Shown here: one piece after another, positions 19,203 through 27,098 of the stretch
Numbering within the stretch: position 1 is the stretch's first letter
Layout: the number at the start of each line of letters is the position of its first letter
Assembly: GCA_913053795.1 (NCBI GenBank)
Contig: CAJXGZ010000001.1
Location: 1-27,428 of the forward strand
Direction: 5' to 3'
DNA length: 27,428 nucleotides
Origin: an uncultured Rhodospirillales bacterium
GTDB taxonomy: Bacteria > Pseudomonadota > Alphaproteobacteria > Rhodospirillales > 2-02-FULL-58-16
Made by a program: the position numbers and the translations under genes
Notes under the pieces: generated by a model
What the model saw: only the letters and a program-made list of their open reading frames with translations
Told to the model about the DNA's origin: nothing
Database searches by the model: none

Positions 19203-19418
19203 ATGGAATGGCTGCTGATAATCGTCCTCTTTTCATCGACGGAGGATATCGACCACGCGCCGGTTCGATTCGAAACCCAACCTGAGTGCATTGCCGCGGC
19301 AGAGGCGTTTGTCAGGAAATTTCCTGCGTTTGAGTTCCGGGATCGCTCGGATAAACGAGCGGTGGAGACTCCCGTTATCCGCTCCTATGTAGAATGCATC
19401 CCGAAACCTTCCGGCTAA
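19203..19418 (+). CDS. Small hypothetical protein, 71 aa
   Basis: GGAGG ribosome-binding site; hydrophobic N-terminus and two Cys (ECIAAA...ECIP). Confidence 0.6.
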   Translation: MEWLLIIVLFSSTEDIDHAPVRFETQPECIAAAEAFVRKFPAFEFRDRSDKRAVETPVIRSYVECIPKPSG

Positions 19419-19455
19419 TTCATGGGGACATTCGACTTTATGATTAATCGGGACA

Positions 19456-19671
19456 CTATTTCCCGTCAGTAATCAAGAGTTCGTGGGGTTCCACGTTGAG
19501 GGCTTTTGCGATTTTGCTCAGCACGAGGGCGGAAGGGTTGCGCACCCCGCGCTCGATGCCGCTGATGTAGGTGCGGTGCATGCCGCACTCGAAGGCGAGC
19601 TGCTCCTGGGACAACTTTCTTTGGAGCCGGATGGCCTTCAGATTTCGGCCCACTTGCTTGCGGATATCCAT
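19456..19671 (-). CDS. XRE-family HTH regulator resembling restriction-modification controller (C) proteins
   Basis: VGRNLKAIRLQRKLSQEQLA...HRTYISGIERGVRNPS; the HRTY recognition helix is typical of C proteins. Confidence 0.9.
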   Translation of the reverse strand: MDIRKQVGRNLKAIRLQRKLSQEQLAFECGMHRTYISGIERGVRNPSALVLSKIAKALNVEPHELLITDGK

Positions 19672-19694
19672 GCCCGCAAGAACGCCACGGCGAA

Positions 19695-19720
19695 CATTAT
19701 TGGTCTACAGACTATGAGTC
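19695..19720 (-). promoter_or_regulatory. C-box-like operator
   Basis: Minus strand GACTCATAGTC-TGTA-GACCAATAATG: a perfect GACT-N3-AGTC box, a 4-nt spacer and a degenerate second box, ending 23 nt before the regulator ATG. Confidence 0.7.
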
Positions 19721-19767
19721 TCATTTTTGTTTACGAATAGCGCCCGCAACGCTAACCTCACACCCCC

Positions 19768-20232
19768 ATGAAGCCCAAACCGTCACCATCAAGAAACCAC
19801 ACGCTATTATTAAAAGCCGCCCTTTGCCTCGCCCTAACCGCATCGACGGCGACGGCGGCCAAAGCCCCGCCCATCCTAGGCCCCTACACCGCCCGCGTCA
19901 TCTCCATCCAAGACGGCGACACCCTAACCGTGGACGTCCCCCTATGGCCCGGCCTAACAATGCGCACAAAAGTCCGCCTAGCCGGAATAGACGCCCCTGA
20001 ACTAAAAGCCGCCTGTAAGAAAGAGCGCACTCTGGCAATCCAAGCCCGCACCCACCTAACCACCCTAGCCACCCCCCAAGTCCGACTCACCGACGTACGG
20101 CTAGGCAAATACGCGGGCCGCGTCGTGGCGCGGGTGCTAACCATGACCGGCGAGGATGTATCGGCAGTGATGCTGAGCAAGGGACTAGCGCGGGCCTATG
20201 ACGGAGGGAAGCGTGAAGGATGGTGTGATTAA
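19768..20232 (+). CDS. Thermonuclease (SNase-like) family protein with N-terminal signal-like region
   Basis: VISIQDGDTL, VRLAGIDAPE, KYAGRVVA, MLSKGLA. Confidence 0.9.
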   Translation: MKPKPSPSRNHTLLLKAALCLALTASTATAAKAPPILGPYTARVISIQDGDTLTVDVPLWPGLTMRTKVRLAGIDAPELKAACKKERTLAIQARTHLTTLATPQVRLTDVRLGKYAGRVVARVLTMTGEDVSAVMLSKGLARAYDGGKREGWCD

Positions 20233-20284
20233 CCTGCATTTTTTCAATTTAATGTATAATGTCTGAAATTTTTTGGAGAGAAAA

Positions 20285-20537
20285 ATGTTTGGAATGACTT
20301 TTCCAGTTAAGGTCTATGACCGCCTGTCTAAGAAAGGCTGGGAACCTGATGATATTGGTGGATATAAAGGGCAGGAAATATTTAGACAAATTTGTTATGC
20401 GCTAAAAGAATAATGGGTATGACGCTGATAGGGCGGCAATTTTATGGGATAAATGTTTGAGGGATGATGCTGAGGCATTGAAAACAATGCGTGACGATAC
20501 GGGATTAATCGGCATGACCCTTTTTGGGACAGATTAA
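20285..20537 (+). pseudogene. Frameshifted small hypothetical gene (AT-rich)
   Basis: GGAGAG upstream; MFGMTFPVKV...ICYALKE* (TAA 20411-20413) continues in the +1 frame as KNNGYDADRAAILW...LFGTD*. The shift falls in an A4 run. Confidence 0.5.
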
Positions 20538-20555
20538 ATGGATATTTGATAGGTG

Positions 20556-20622
20556 GGGGTCAGGGCAGGGGCAGGTCTTGCATTTTAGCATTTTCGCCTC
20601 TTTTGAATTAAGCATCCTGACC
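20556..20622. repeat. Degenerate GGGGTCAGG...CCTGACC element
   Basis: GGGGTCAGG (20556-20564), CAGGTCTTG (20572-20580) and CCTGACC (20616-20622) match parts of the 15068-15132 element. Confidence 0.55.
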
Positions 20623-20928
20623 TTACGCCGTTTCCGGCGTTTCGCCTGAAGCGGTCGCGCGGACGATGCGTTTTAGTTCATCGGCCATTTTTTGTGTTGC
20701 GATGCTCAGGTCGTGATTTAGCTGCATGGTCGACCAAAGGCCGGGGCCGGCGCCAAAGTAAACGCCGAGGCGCAGCGCCGTTTCCACCGTCACTGTGCGC
20801 TCGCAGTTGATGATGGCCGTGATGCGATTGGCGGGGACTCTGATTTCAAGCGCAAGCTTGTTGGCGCTCAATTTGCGGGCCGCCAATTCCCGCTTTAGCA
20901 ATTTTCCGGGATGTGTGCGTGTGCGCAT
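20623..20928 (-). CDS. higA: HigA/VapI-family antitoxin
   Basis: THPGKLLKREL...SANKLALEIRVPANRITAII...VTVETALRLGVYFG...LW..MQ..HDL. Confidence 0.9.
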   Translation of the reverse strand: MRTRTHPGKLLKRELAARKLSANKLALEIRVPANRITAIINCERTVTVETALRLGVYFGAGPGLWSTMQLNHDLSIATQKMADELKRIVRATASGETPETA

Positions 20929-20949
20929 GGTGTGGCTCCTTCATTACGC

Positions 20950-20979
20950 CTAATGATAGTCGACAATTTCCACGTCCTC
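20950..20979 (-). pseudogene. higB: HigB toxin C-terminal remnant
   Basis: EDVEIVDYH* directly upstream of the higA ribosome-binding site; DVEIVDYH is the usual end of HigB killer proteins. Sequence further upstream shows no HigB resemblance. Confidence 0.7.
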
Positions 20980-21065
20980 CAAAACAATTTCGGGGACATG
21001 ATGTAATTGCTTAATTTCACGGGTTCCAAGGGCCTTGCCCTTGGTTGGGGTTAAGGGGGCGGGTA

Positions 21066-21100
21066 GCTGACGGCTGATAGCTGACGGCTGATAGCCGACC
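21066..21100. repeat. Heptamer tandem repeat, 5 x GCTGA(CG/TA)
   Basis: GCTGACG GCTGATA GCTGACG GCTGATA GCCGACC. Confidence 0.85.
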
Positions 21101-21117
21101 GCTTCCACCATCGCTCC

Positions 21118-21161
21118 GGGTGGGCCGCCCGCCCTAACGGGTGGGCCAGCCCCCGCCCTAA
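21118..21161. repeat. Two small tandem palindromes, REP-like
   Basis: GGGTGGGCCGCCCGCCCTAA and GGGTGGGCCAGCCCCCGCCCTAA; read on the minus strand each is TTAG followed by a GGGCGGG/CCCACCC hairpin. Confidence 0.6.
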
Positions 21162-21216
21162 AGAGACGGCGGCGCTCCCCTAGCGGGTGTTTCCAATTTC
21201 GCCGCCGGGAAACATC

Positions 21217-21245
21217 CTTACAAACTCCCGGTTTATCTATATATT
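21217..21245 (+). promoter_or_regulatory. Candidate sigma70-type promoter for the hdr/kor operon
   Basis: CTTACA (21217-21222), 17-nt spacer, TATATT (21240-21245), 33 nt before the hdrB ATG. Confidence 0.4.
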
Positions 21246-21278
21246 CCGTCACTTCGTTGGAGTGGGGCGCGTTCCATA

Positions 21279-22157
21279 ATGAAGCTCAGTTACTACCCAG
21301 GCTGTACGCTCAAGGACAAGGCGAGGAACTTCGAGGACTCCACCATTTCCTCGATGAAGTTCCTTGGCGTCGAGCTTGAAGAGCTTGAGCGCTGGAACTG
21401 CTGCGGCACGGTTTTCTCCCTGGCCAGCGACGACTTGATGCGCCATTTGGCCCCGGTCCGCAATCTGATCCGGACCAAGGAGGCCGAGGCCGGGGAGCTC
21501 ACCACCACCTGCGCCATGTGCTACAACACGCTGAAAAGGGCCAACCTGCACGTCAAGGCCAACCCGGACATCTTGGAGCGGATGAACGACTTCATGTACG
21601 ATGAGGAAGTGGACTACGAAGGCGACGTCGAGGTCACCCACCTGATGGAGGTCTTGCGCGACAAGATCGGCTACGAGGCGCTGTCGGAGAAAGTGACCAA
21701 GCCCCTGGAGGGCCTGAAGGTGGCCGGCTATTACGGCTGTTTGCTGACGCGGCCCAGGGAAGTGGCCTTCGACGACGTGGAGAACCCCTCCTTTTTCGAG
21801 GGTTTGATTGAAGCCCTCGGCGCCAGTGCGGTGGACTTCCCCCACAGGTCCGAGTGCTGCGCCTCCTACCAGACCGTCGACAAGCCGGAGATCGTGGCTC
21901 AGCAAACACAGAAGATTCTCAAGTCCGCCAAGGCCCAGGGCGCCGACATCGTCGCCGTCAGCTGCCCCCTTTGCGCCTTCAACCTGGACAGCCGCCAAGA
22001 GGACGCGGCGCGCGCATACCCGGGCTTCGAACATATTCCCGTGGTTTATTTCACCCAGTTGATGGCCATGGCTTTCGAGAGGCCCTCCACCGAGATCGGC
22101 TTGGACGCCCATTACATAAACCCCTGTCCGGTGCTTGCCGAGAAAGGATTTTTGTAA
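21279..22157 (+). CDS. hdrB: Heterodisulfide reductase subunit B family (two CCG domains)
   Basis: YYPGC...WNCCG...CAMC and YYGC...ECCAS...CPLC. Confidence 0.92.
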   Translation: MKLSYYPGCTLKDKARNFEDSTISSMKFLGVELEELERWNCCGTVFSLASDDLMRHLAPVRNLIRTKEAEAGELTTTCAMCYNTLKRANLHVKANPDILERMNDFMYDEEVDYEGDVEVTHLMEVLRDKIGYEALSEKVTKPLEGLKVAGYYGCLLTRPREVAFDDVENPSFFEGLIEALGASAVDFPHRSECCASYQTVDKPEIVAQQTQKILKSAKAQGADIVAVSCPLCAFNLDSRQEDAARAYPGFEHIPVVYFTQLMAMAFERPSTEIGLDAHYINPCPVLAEKGFL

Positions 22158-22414
22158 TGTTCTTCGGAGCCCTCAAAAGTCAGAAAGGCGCACTCACCAT
22201 CAATAAAAATTGGTGCAAGGGCTGTGGTTTTTGCGTTGAATACTGCGTTGAGGACGTTTTGGAAATTTCATTGGAGTACAACGCAAAGGGCTACCATCCG
22301 CCTTTTGTCAAGGCCGCCGAGAATTGCAACAATTGCCGTATGTGCGAAATCATTTGTCCTGAATTCGCGCTTTTCGTTACGCCCGTTGAAGAGCCCGTTG
22401 AAGAGGAGAAGTAA
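22157..22414 (+). CDS. korD: 2x[4Fe-4S] ferredoxin, delta subunit of 2-oxoacid oxidoreductase
   Basis: CKGCGFCVEYC and CNNCRMCEIICP with the GYHPP linker; TAATG coupling to hdrB. Confidence 0.88.
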   Translation: MFFGALKSQKGALTINKNWCKGCGFCVEYCVEDVLEISLEYNAKGYHPPFVKAAENCNNCRMCEIICPEFALFVTPVEEPVEEEK

Positions 22415-22416
22415 CC

Positions 22417-23583
22417 GTGCGCAAGATCGCCGCTAATCCCAAGGCCGTCGACACCGGCACCCATTTTTTGGACGGCAACCACGCCGTTACCGAAGGCGGT
22501 CTCGTCTCCGGGGCCAACTTTTTCGCCGCCTACCCGATTACGCCCTCCACCGAGATCGCCGAGCTGTTCGCCGAGCGCATTCCCAAGATCGGCGGCATCT
22601 TTATCCAGATGGAGGACGAAATCGCCGCCTTGGCCGCCAACATCGGCGCCGTTTGGGGCGGCGCCAAGGTGATGACCACCACCTCTGGTCCCGGATTTTC
22701 GCTGATGATGGAAAACATCGGCCTGGCGGTGATGATGGAGGTCCCCATGGTCATCACCAACGTCCAGCGCGCCGGCCCTTCCACCGGGCTGCCCACCTAC
22801 GTCGCCCAGCAGGACATGATGCAGGTGCGCTGGGGCTCTCACGGCGATTACGAAATCATCGCGCTCTGCCCCGATTCGCCCCAGGAGTGCTTCGACCTCA
22901 CCATCGAGGCCTTCAACCTGTCGGAGACCTACCGCGTTCCTGTCTTCATCATGATCGACGAATGCATCGGACATATGCATGAAAAGGTGGTGATTCCCGA
23001 GGCCAAGGACATCAACGTCCTGGACCGCCGCTGGTACGACGGCCCCAAGGGGCAATACAAACCCTACAAGGTCGGCAAGGACGGCATCGCGCCCATGGCC
23101 AAGGCCGGCGACGGCCACCACATGCACGCCACCGGCCTGACCCATGACGAACGCGGCTACCCGGCCCTCACCGTCGCCCAGCAGAAAATCGTCATTCCCC
23201 ATTTGATCGACAAGATCAAGAATAACGCCGACAAGATCATCAAACTCGAGGAAACGGACGTCAAAGGCGCCGAGGTCGTCGTCATGTCCTACGGCATTAC
23301 GTCCAGGGTGGCGGTCAGGGCCGTTCAATTGGCGAAGGAGGCCGGAATCAAGGTCGGCTCCATCCGCCTGATCACCGCATGGCCCTTCCCCGAAAAGCGA
23401 ATCAAGGAAGTGGCCAAGGACGTGAAGGCCATCATCTTCCCCGAAATCAACATGGGACAAATGGTGTTGGAGGCCGAAAGGTGCGCCGGCGGACAGTGCA
23501 AGGTCGTCTCCATCCCCCACCCGGGCGGCGACGTCCATGACCCCGACGACATCGTCGCCGCCATCAAGGAGGCAATCAAATGA
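22417..23583 (+). CDS. korA: 2-oxoacid:ferredoxin oxidoreductase alpha subunit
   Basis: GNHA, YPITPSTEI, QMEDEIAA, TSGPGFSLM, QRAGPSTGLPT. Confidence 0.93.
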   Translation: MRKIAANPKAVDTGTHFLDGNHAVTEGGLVSGANFFAAYPITPSTEIAELFAERIPKIGGIFIQMEDEIAALAANIGAVWGGAKVMTTTSGPGFSLMMENIGLAVMMEVPMVITNVQRAGPSTGLPTYVAQQDMMQVRWGSHGDYEIIALCPDSPQECFDLTIEAFNLSETYRVPVFIMIDECIGHMHEKVVIPEAKDINVLDRRWYDGPKGQYKPYKVGKDGIAPMAKAGDGHHMHATGLTHDERGYPALTVAQQKIVIPHLIDKIKNNADKIIKLEETDVKGAEVVVMSYGITSRVAVRAVQLAKEAGIKVGSIRLITAWPFPEKRIKEVAKDVKAIIFPEINMGQMVLEAERCAGGQCKVVSIPHPGGDVHDPDDIVAAIKEAIK

Positions 23584-24500
23584 CCGAGACAACCGCCGAA
23601 GACCAAGAATACGCCGACGGGGAGGATTTCATCGAAGGAAACCCCATGGCCAACTTCCTGCGCATGGAGCGGATGCCCCATATCTGGTGTCCCGGCTGCG
23701 GCATAGGCACGGTCGTCACCTCTTTCGCCGAAGCCGTCAAGAAAAGCGGCATCGATATGGACAAGCTGGCCGTGGTCTCGGGCATCGGCTGCACCGGCCG
23801 GGTCGCCGGCTACGTCAACCTGGATTCCTTTCACACCACCCATGGCCGCCCCATCGCCTTCGCCACCGGACTGAAGCTGGCCAACCCCGAACTCAAGGTG
23901 GTGGTCTTCAGCGGCGATGGCGACATCATGGGCATCGGCGGCAATCACTTCATCCACGCCGCCCGGCGCAACATGGACCTGATCGTCATCTGCGTGAACA
24001 ACTTCACCTACGGCATGACCGGCGGCCAAGTGACGCCGACGACGCCGAAAACCGCCAACGCCTCCACCGCGCCCCACGGCAATTTCGAGAACGCTTTCAG
24101 CCTGCCGTTCCTGGCCGACGCCTGCGGCGCCAACTACGTCGCCCGCTGGACCTCCCTGCACGCCCGGCGCATCACCGGCTCAATCCAGGAGGCCTTCAAC
24201 AAGAAAGGCCTGTCCTTCATTGAGGTGATCACGCCCTGCACGACGCTATACGCCCGCAGGAACCGCCTCGGCGACGGCCTGGACGCTTTGCAGTACTATC
24301 ACGACAAGTCCGAGATCAAGCACGGCGCCGACACCCGGGAAGTCGACATCGGCTTTCAGGACAAGATCATCATGGGAAAGTTCGTCGATAGGGACAACCC
24401 CTCGTTCCTGGAGGCCATGAACACCCAGTTCAGCACCGTCATGGGCGACGATTACCAGCTTTACGGCAAGACCGAATGTGAAGGGGATTGCGGCGAATGA
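23580..24500 (+). CDS. korB: 2-oxoacid:ferredoxin oxidoreductase beta subunit (TPP-binding)
   Basis: WCPGCG, SGIGC, HGR, GDGD...GGNH, NNFTYGMTGGQ. Confidence 0.93.
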   Translation: MTETTAEDQEYADGEDFIEGNPMANFLRMERMPHIWCPGCGIGTVVTSFAEAVKKSGIDMDKLAVVSGIGCTGRVAGYVNLDSFHTTHGRPIAFATGLKLANPELKVVVFSGDGDIMGIGGNHFIHAARRNMDLIVICVNNFTYGMTGGQVTPTTPKTANASTAPHGNFENAFSLPFLADACGANYVARWTSLHARRITGSIQEAFNKKGLSFIEVITPCTTLYARRNRLGDGLDALQYYHDKSEIKHGADTREVDIGFQDKIIMGKFVDRDNPSFLEAMNTQFSTVMGDDYQLYGKTECEGDCGE

Positions 24501-25096
24501 GTGAAATCAGATTCTCAGGATTTGGCGGACAGGGAATCGTGCGTTGCGCCCTGATCGCCGGCAAGGCGGCGAACATTTTCGACGACAAGTTCGCCACCAT
24601 GACCCAGAGCTTCGGCCCCGAGGCCCGCGGCGGCGCCTGCGCCTCGCAGCTGGTGGTTTCCGATGAGCGCATCGCCTATCCTTACGTCACCAAGGCGGAC
24701 ATTCTCATCACCTTGTCTCAGGAGGCCTACGACAAGTACGAGCCGCAAATGAGCGATGACGGCGTCCTCATCGCCGACCAGGACCTGGTCAAGACGCGGC
24801 CCGCGCGCGACAACATCACCTTGCACGTGGTGCCGGCGACCCGCTTCGCCGAGGAGCTGGGCAACCGCATTTTCACCAACTTGGTGACTCTCGGGTTCTT
24901 TACCGGAATCACCGGGGTGGTTTCCCCCGAAGCCATGAAGAACGCCCTGCCCGGCCTGGTCCCGGACCGGTTTCTCACGCACAACGTCAAGGCCTTTGAA
25001 AGAGGATACGATTACGCCAAGGAAGTCTTGGGCGAGAGCAAGGGCAAGGCGAAGGCGGGCAAGACCAAGGTAAACAAGAAAAAAGGTAAGAAGTAG
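24497..25096 (+). CDS. korC: 2-oxoacid:ferredoxin oxidoreductase gamma subunit
   Basis: EIRFSGFGGQG, SFGPEARGGAC; ATGA overlap with korB. Confidence 0.93.
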   Translation: MSEIRFSGFGGQGIVRCALIAGKAANIFDDKFATMTQSFGPEARGGACASQLVVSDERIAYPYVTKADILITLSQEAYDKYEPQMSDDGVLIADQDLVKTRPARDNITLHVVPATRFAEELGNRIFTNLVTLGFFTGITGVVSPEAMKNALPGLVPDRFLTHNVKAFERGYDYAKEVLGESKGKAKAGKTKVNKKKGKK

Positions 25097-25139
25097 GGCC
25101 GCTGAAGGCGCGGCCGCTGATAGCTTCCGAGGAAATGGG

Positions 25140-27095
25140 ATGACAAAGCGCACCGGAGTTTTCGTCTGCCACTGCGGCACCAACATCGCCGCGACCGTCG
25201 ACGTCAAAAAGGTGAAAGAGGAACTGGCCAAGGAGGAAGGCGTGGTCTTCTCCGAGGACTACCTCTATATGTGCTCCGAGCCGGGCCAGAACACGGTTAT
25301 CGAGGCCATCAAGGACAACAAGCTGGACAGCGTCGTCGTCGCCTGCTGCTCGCCCACCCTCCACGAAAAGACCTTCCGCGACGTCACCGAGCTCGCCGGC
25401 GTCAATCAGTTCCAATGCGAAATCGCCAACATCCGCGAACAGTGCAGCTGGGTCCACAAAGACAAGGACGTGGGCACCGAAAAAGCCATCAAGATCACCC
25501 GCAGCGCCTTCATGAAGGTCATGCGCAACGAATCCCTGACCCCCCAGCGCATTCCCGTCACCCGCCGGGTGATGGTCATCGGCGCCGGCATCGCCGGCAT
25601 CCAGGCGTCCCTGGACATGGCGGCGGCCGGCTATGAAGTGGTCCTGGTGGAGAAAGACCCCACCATCGGCGGCAACATGCTCAAGTTGTCCGAGACCTTC
25701 CCGACGCTGGACTGCTCCCAGTGCATCCTCTCGCCCAAGATGGTGGAGCTGTCAAAAAACCCCAAGATCAAGCTGCACATCAAAAGCGAAGTTACGGAAG
25801 TCACCGGCTTCGTCGGCAACTTCAAGGCCAAGATCCACAAGAAGCCCACTTACGTGGACGCCGAGCTGTGCAAACTGTGCGATCATTGCACGGACGTCTG
25901 CCCGATCATCGTTCCCAACGAATACGATTTAGGGCTCACCGGGCGCCGCGCCATTTTCATTCCCTTCGCCCAGTCCATTCCCGCCACCTTCTACCTGGAC
26001 GAAGACACCTGCATGGGCATCAATCCCATCTCCTGCGGCAAGTGCGCCGAGCCCGACGTTTGCGAGCCATTGGCCATCGACTTCGACATGCAGCCCGAGA
26101 CCATCGAGGAAGAGATCGGGGCCATCATCGTCGCCACCGGGTTCGAGCTTTACGGTAAGGAAAAACTGTCCGAATACGGCTATGGCAAGTACCCGGACGT
26201 GCTCGACGGCCTGCAATTCGAACGGCTGTGTTCGGCCTCCGGCGCCACCGGCGGCCACATCCTGCGCCCTTCGGACCACAAGGTTCCCAAGAAAATCGTC
26301 TTTATTCAATGCGTCGGCTCGCGCGACCCCGAGCTTCACTGCCCCTATTGCTCCAAGGTCTGCTGCATGTACACGGCCAAGCACGCCATGCTGTACAAAA
26401 AGCACGTTCCCGACGGCAAGGCGCACATTTTCTATATCGACATCCGCTCCGGCGGCAAAGGCTACGAGGAATTCATCCAGCGCGCCATCGACGACGATCA
26501 CGTCATGTACCTGCGCGGCAAGGTGTCCCAGCTTTACGAAGAAGACGGCAAGATCATCGTCCAGGGTTCCGACACCCTGTCCGGACAAATGGTCGAGATC
26601 AACGCCGACATGGTGGTGCTGGCGGTGGCCATGGTTCCGACCAGGGGAACCAGGGAAATGGCCAAGGTCCTCAAGATTTCCCTGGACAAGGACGGCTTCC
26701 TGGCCGAGGCCCACCCCAAGCTGAAGCCGGTGGAAAGCGTCACCGCGGGCGTCTTCCTGGCCGGCGCCGGCCAATCGCCGAAGGACATCCCCGAAACCGT
26801 GGCCCAGGCCAGCGCGGCGGCGGCCAAGGCGATCATCCTGCTGTCCCAGGAAACCCTGGCGGCGTCGCCCTCGGTGGCCCGGGTGGTCACGGATCTTTGC
26901 ACCGGCTGCGCCATGTGCGTACAGGCCTGCCCCTTTGACGCCATTAAGCTCGACGCTGAAAAGGCAAGCGTCAACGAAGCCTTGTGCCAAGGCTGCGGCA
27001 CCTGTACGGCCACCTGTCTGCGCGCCGCCATCGACGTCAAGAACAACACGCCGCTGCAAATTTTTGACATGATCAACGTCGCGCTCGGAGGGTGA
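25140..27095 (+). CDS. hdrA: Heterodisulfide reductase subunit A (FAD and Fe-S)
   Basis: CHCGTNI, ACCSP, NIREQC, VIGAGIAG, FPTLDCSQC, central ferredoxin Cys clusters, CVGSRD...YCSKVCC, C-terminal CTGCAMCVQACP and CQGCGTCTATC. Confidence 0.96.
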   Translation: MTKRTGVFVCHCGTNIAATVDVKKVKEELAKEEGVVFSEDYLYMCSEPGQNTVIEAIKDNKLDSVVVACCSPTLHEKTFRDVTELAGVNQFQCEIANIREQCSWVHKDKDVGTEKAIKITRSAFMKVMRNESLTPQRIPVTRRVMVIGAGIAGIQASLDMAAAGYEVVLVEKDPTIGGNMLKLSETFPTLDCSQCILSPKMVELSKNPKIKLHIKSEVTEVTGFVGNFKAKIHKKPTYVDAELCKLCDHCTDVCPIIVPNEYDLGLTGRRAIFIPFAQSIPATFYLDEDTCMGINPISCGKCAEPDVCEPLAIDFDMQPETIEEEIGAIIVATGFELYGKEKLSEYGYGKYPDVLDGLQFERLCSASGATGGHILRPSDHKVPKKIVFIQCVGSRDPELHCPYCSKVCCMYTAKHAMLYKKHVPDGKAHIFYIDIRSGGKGYEEFIQRAIDDDHVMYLRGKVSQLYEEDGKIIVQGSDTLSGQMVEINADMVVLAVAMVPTRGTREMAKVLKISLDKDGFLAEAHPKLKPVESVTAGVFLAGAGQSPKDIPETVAQASAAAAKAIILLSQETLAASPSVARVVTDLCTGCAMCVQACPFDAIKLDAEKASVNEALCQGCGTCTATCLRAAIDVKNNTPLQIFDMINVALGG

Positions 27096-27098
27096 CTG

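Noticed and set aside
18194-19203. Long ORFs 18196-19203 (+) and 18194-18994 (-)
   Set aside because: Alternative-frame or antisense shadows of GC-rich aspS.
20950-21252. 100-aa ORF as an intact HigB toxin
   Set aside because: Only the last ~9 residues resemble HigB; the rest crosses repeats and the hdrB promoter region.
25097-25115. GGCCGC/GCGGCC hairpin between korC and hdrA as a terminator
   Set aside because: 6-bp stem with no U tract; at most an intercistronic stabiliser.
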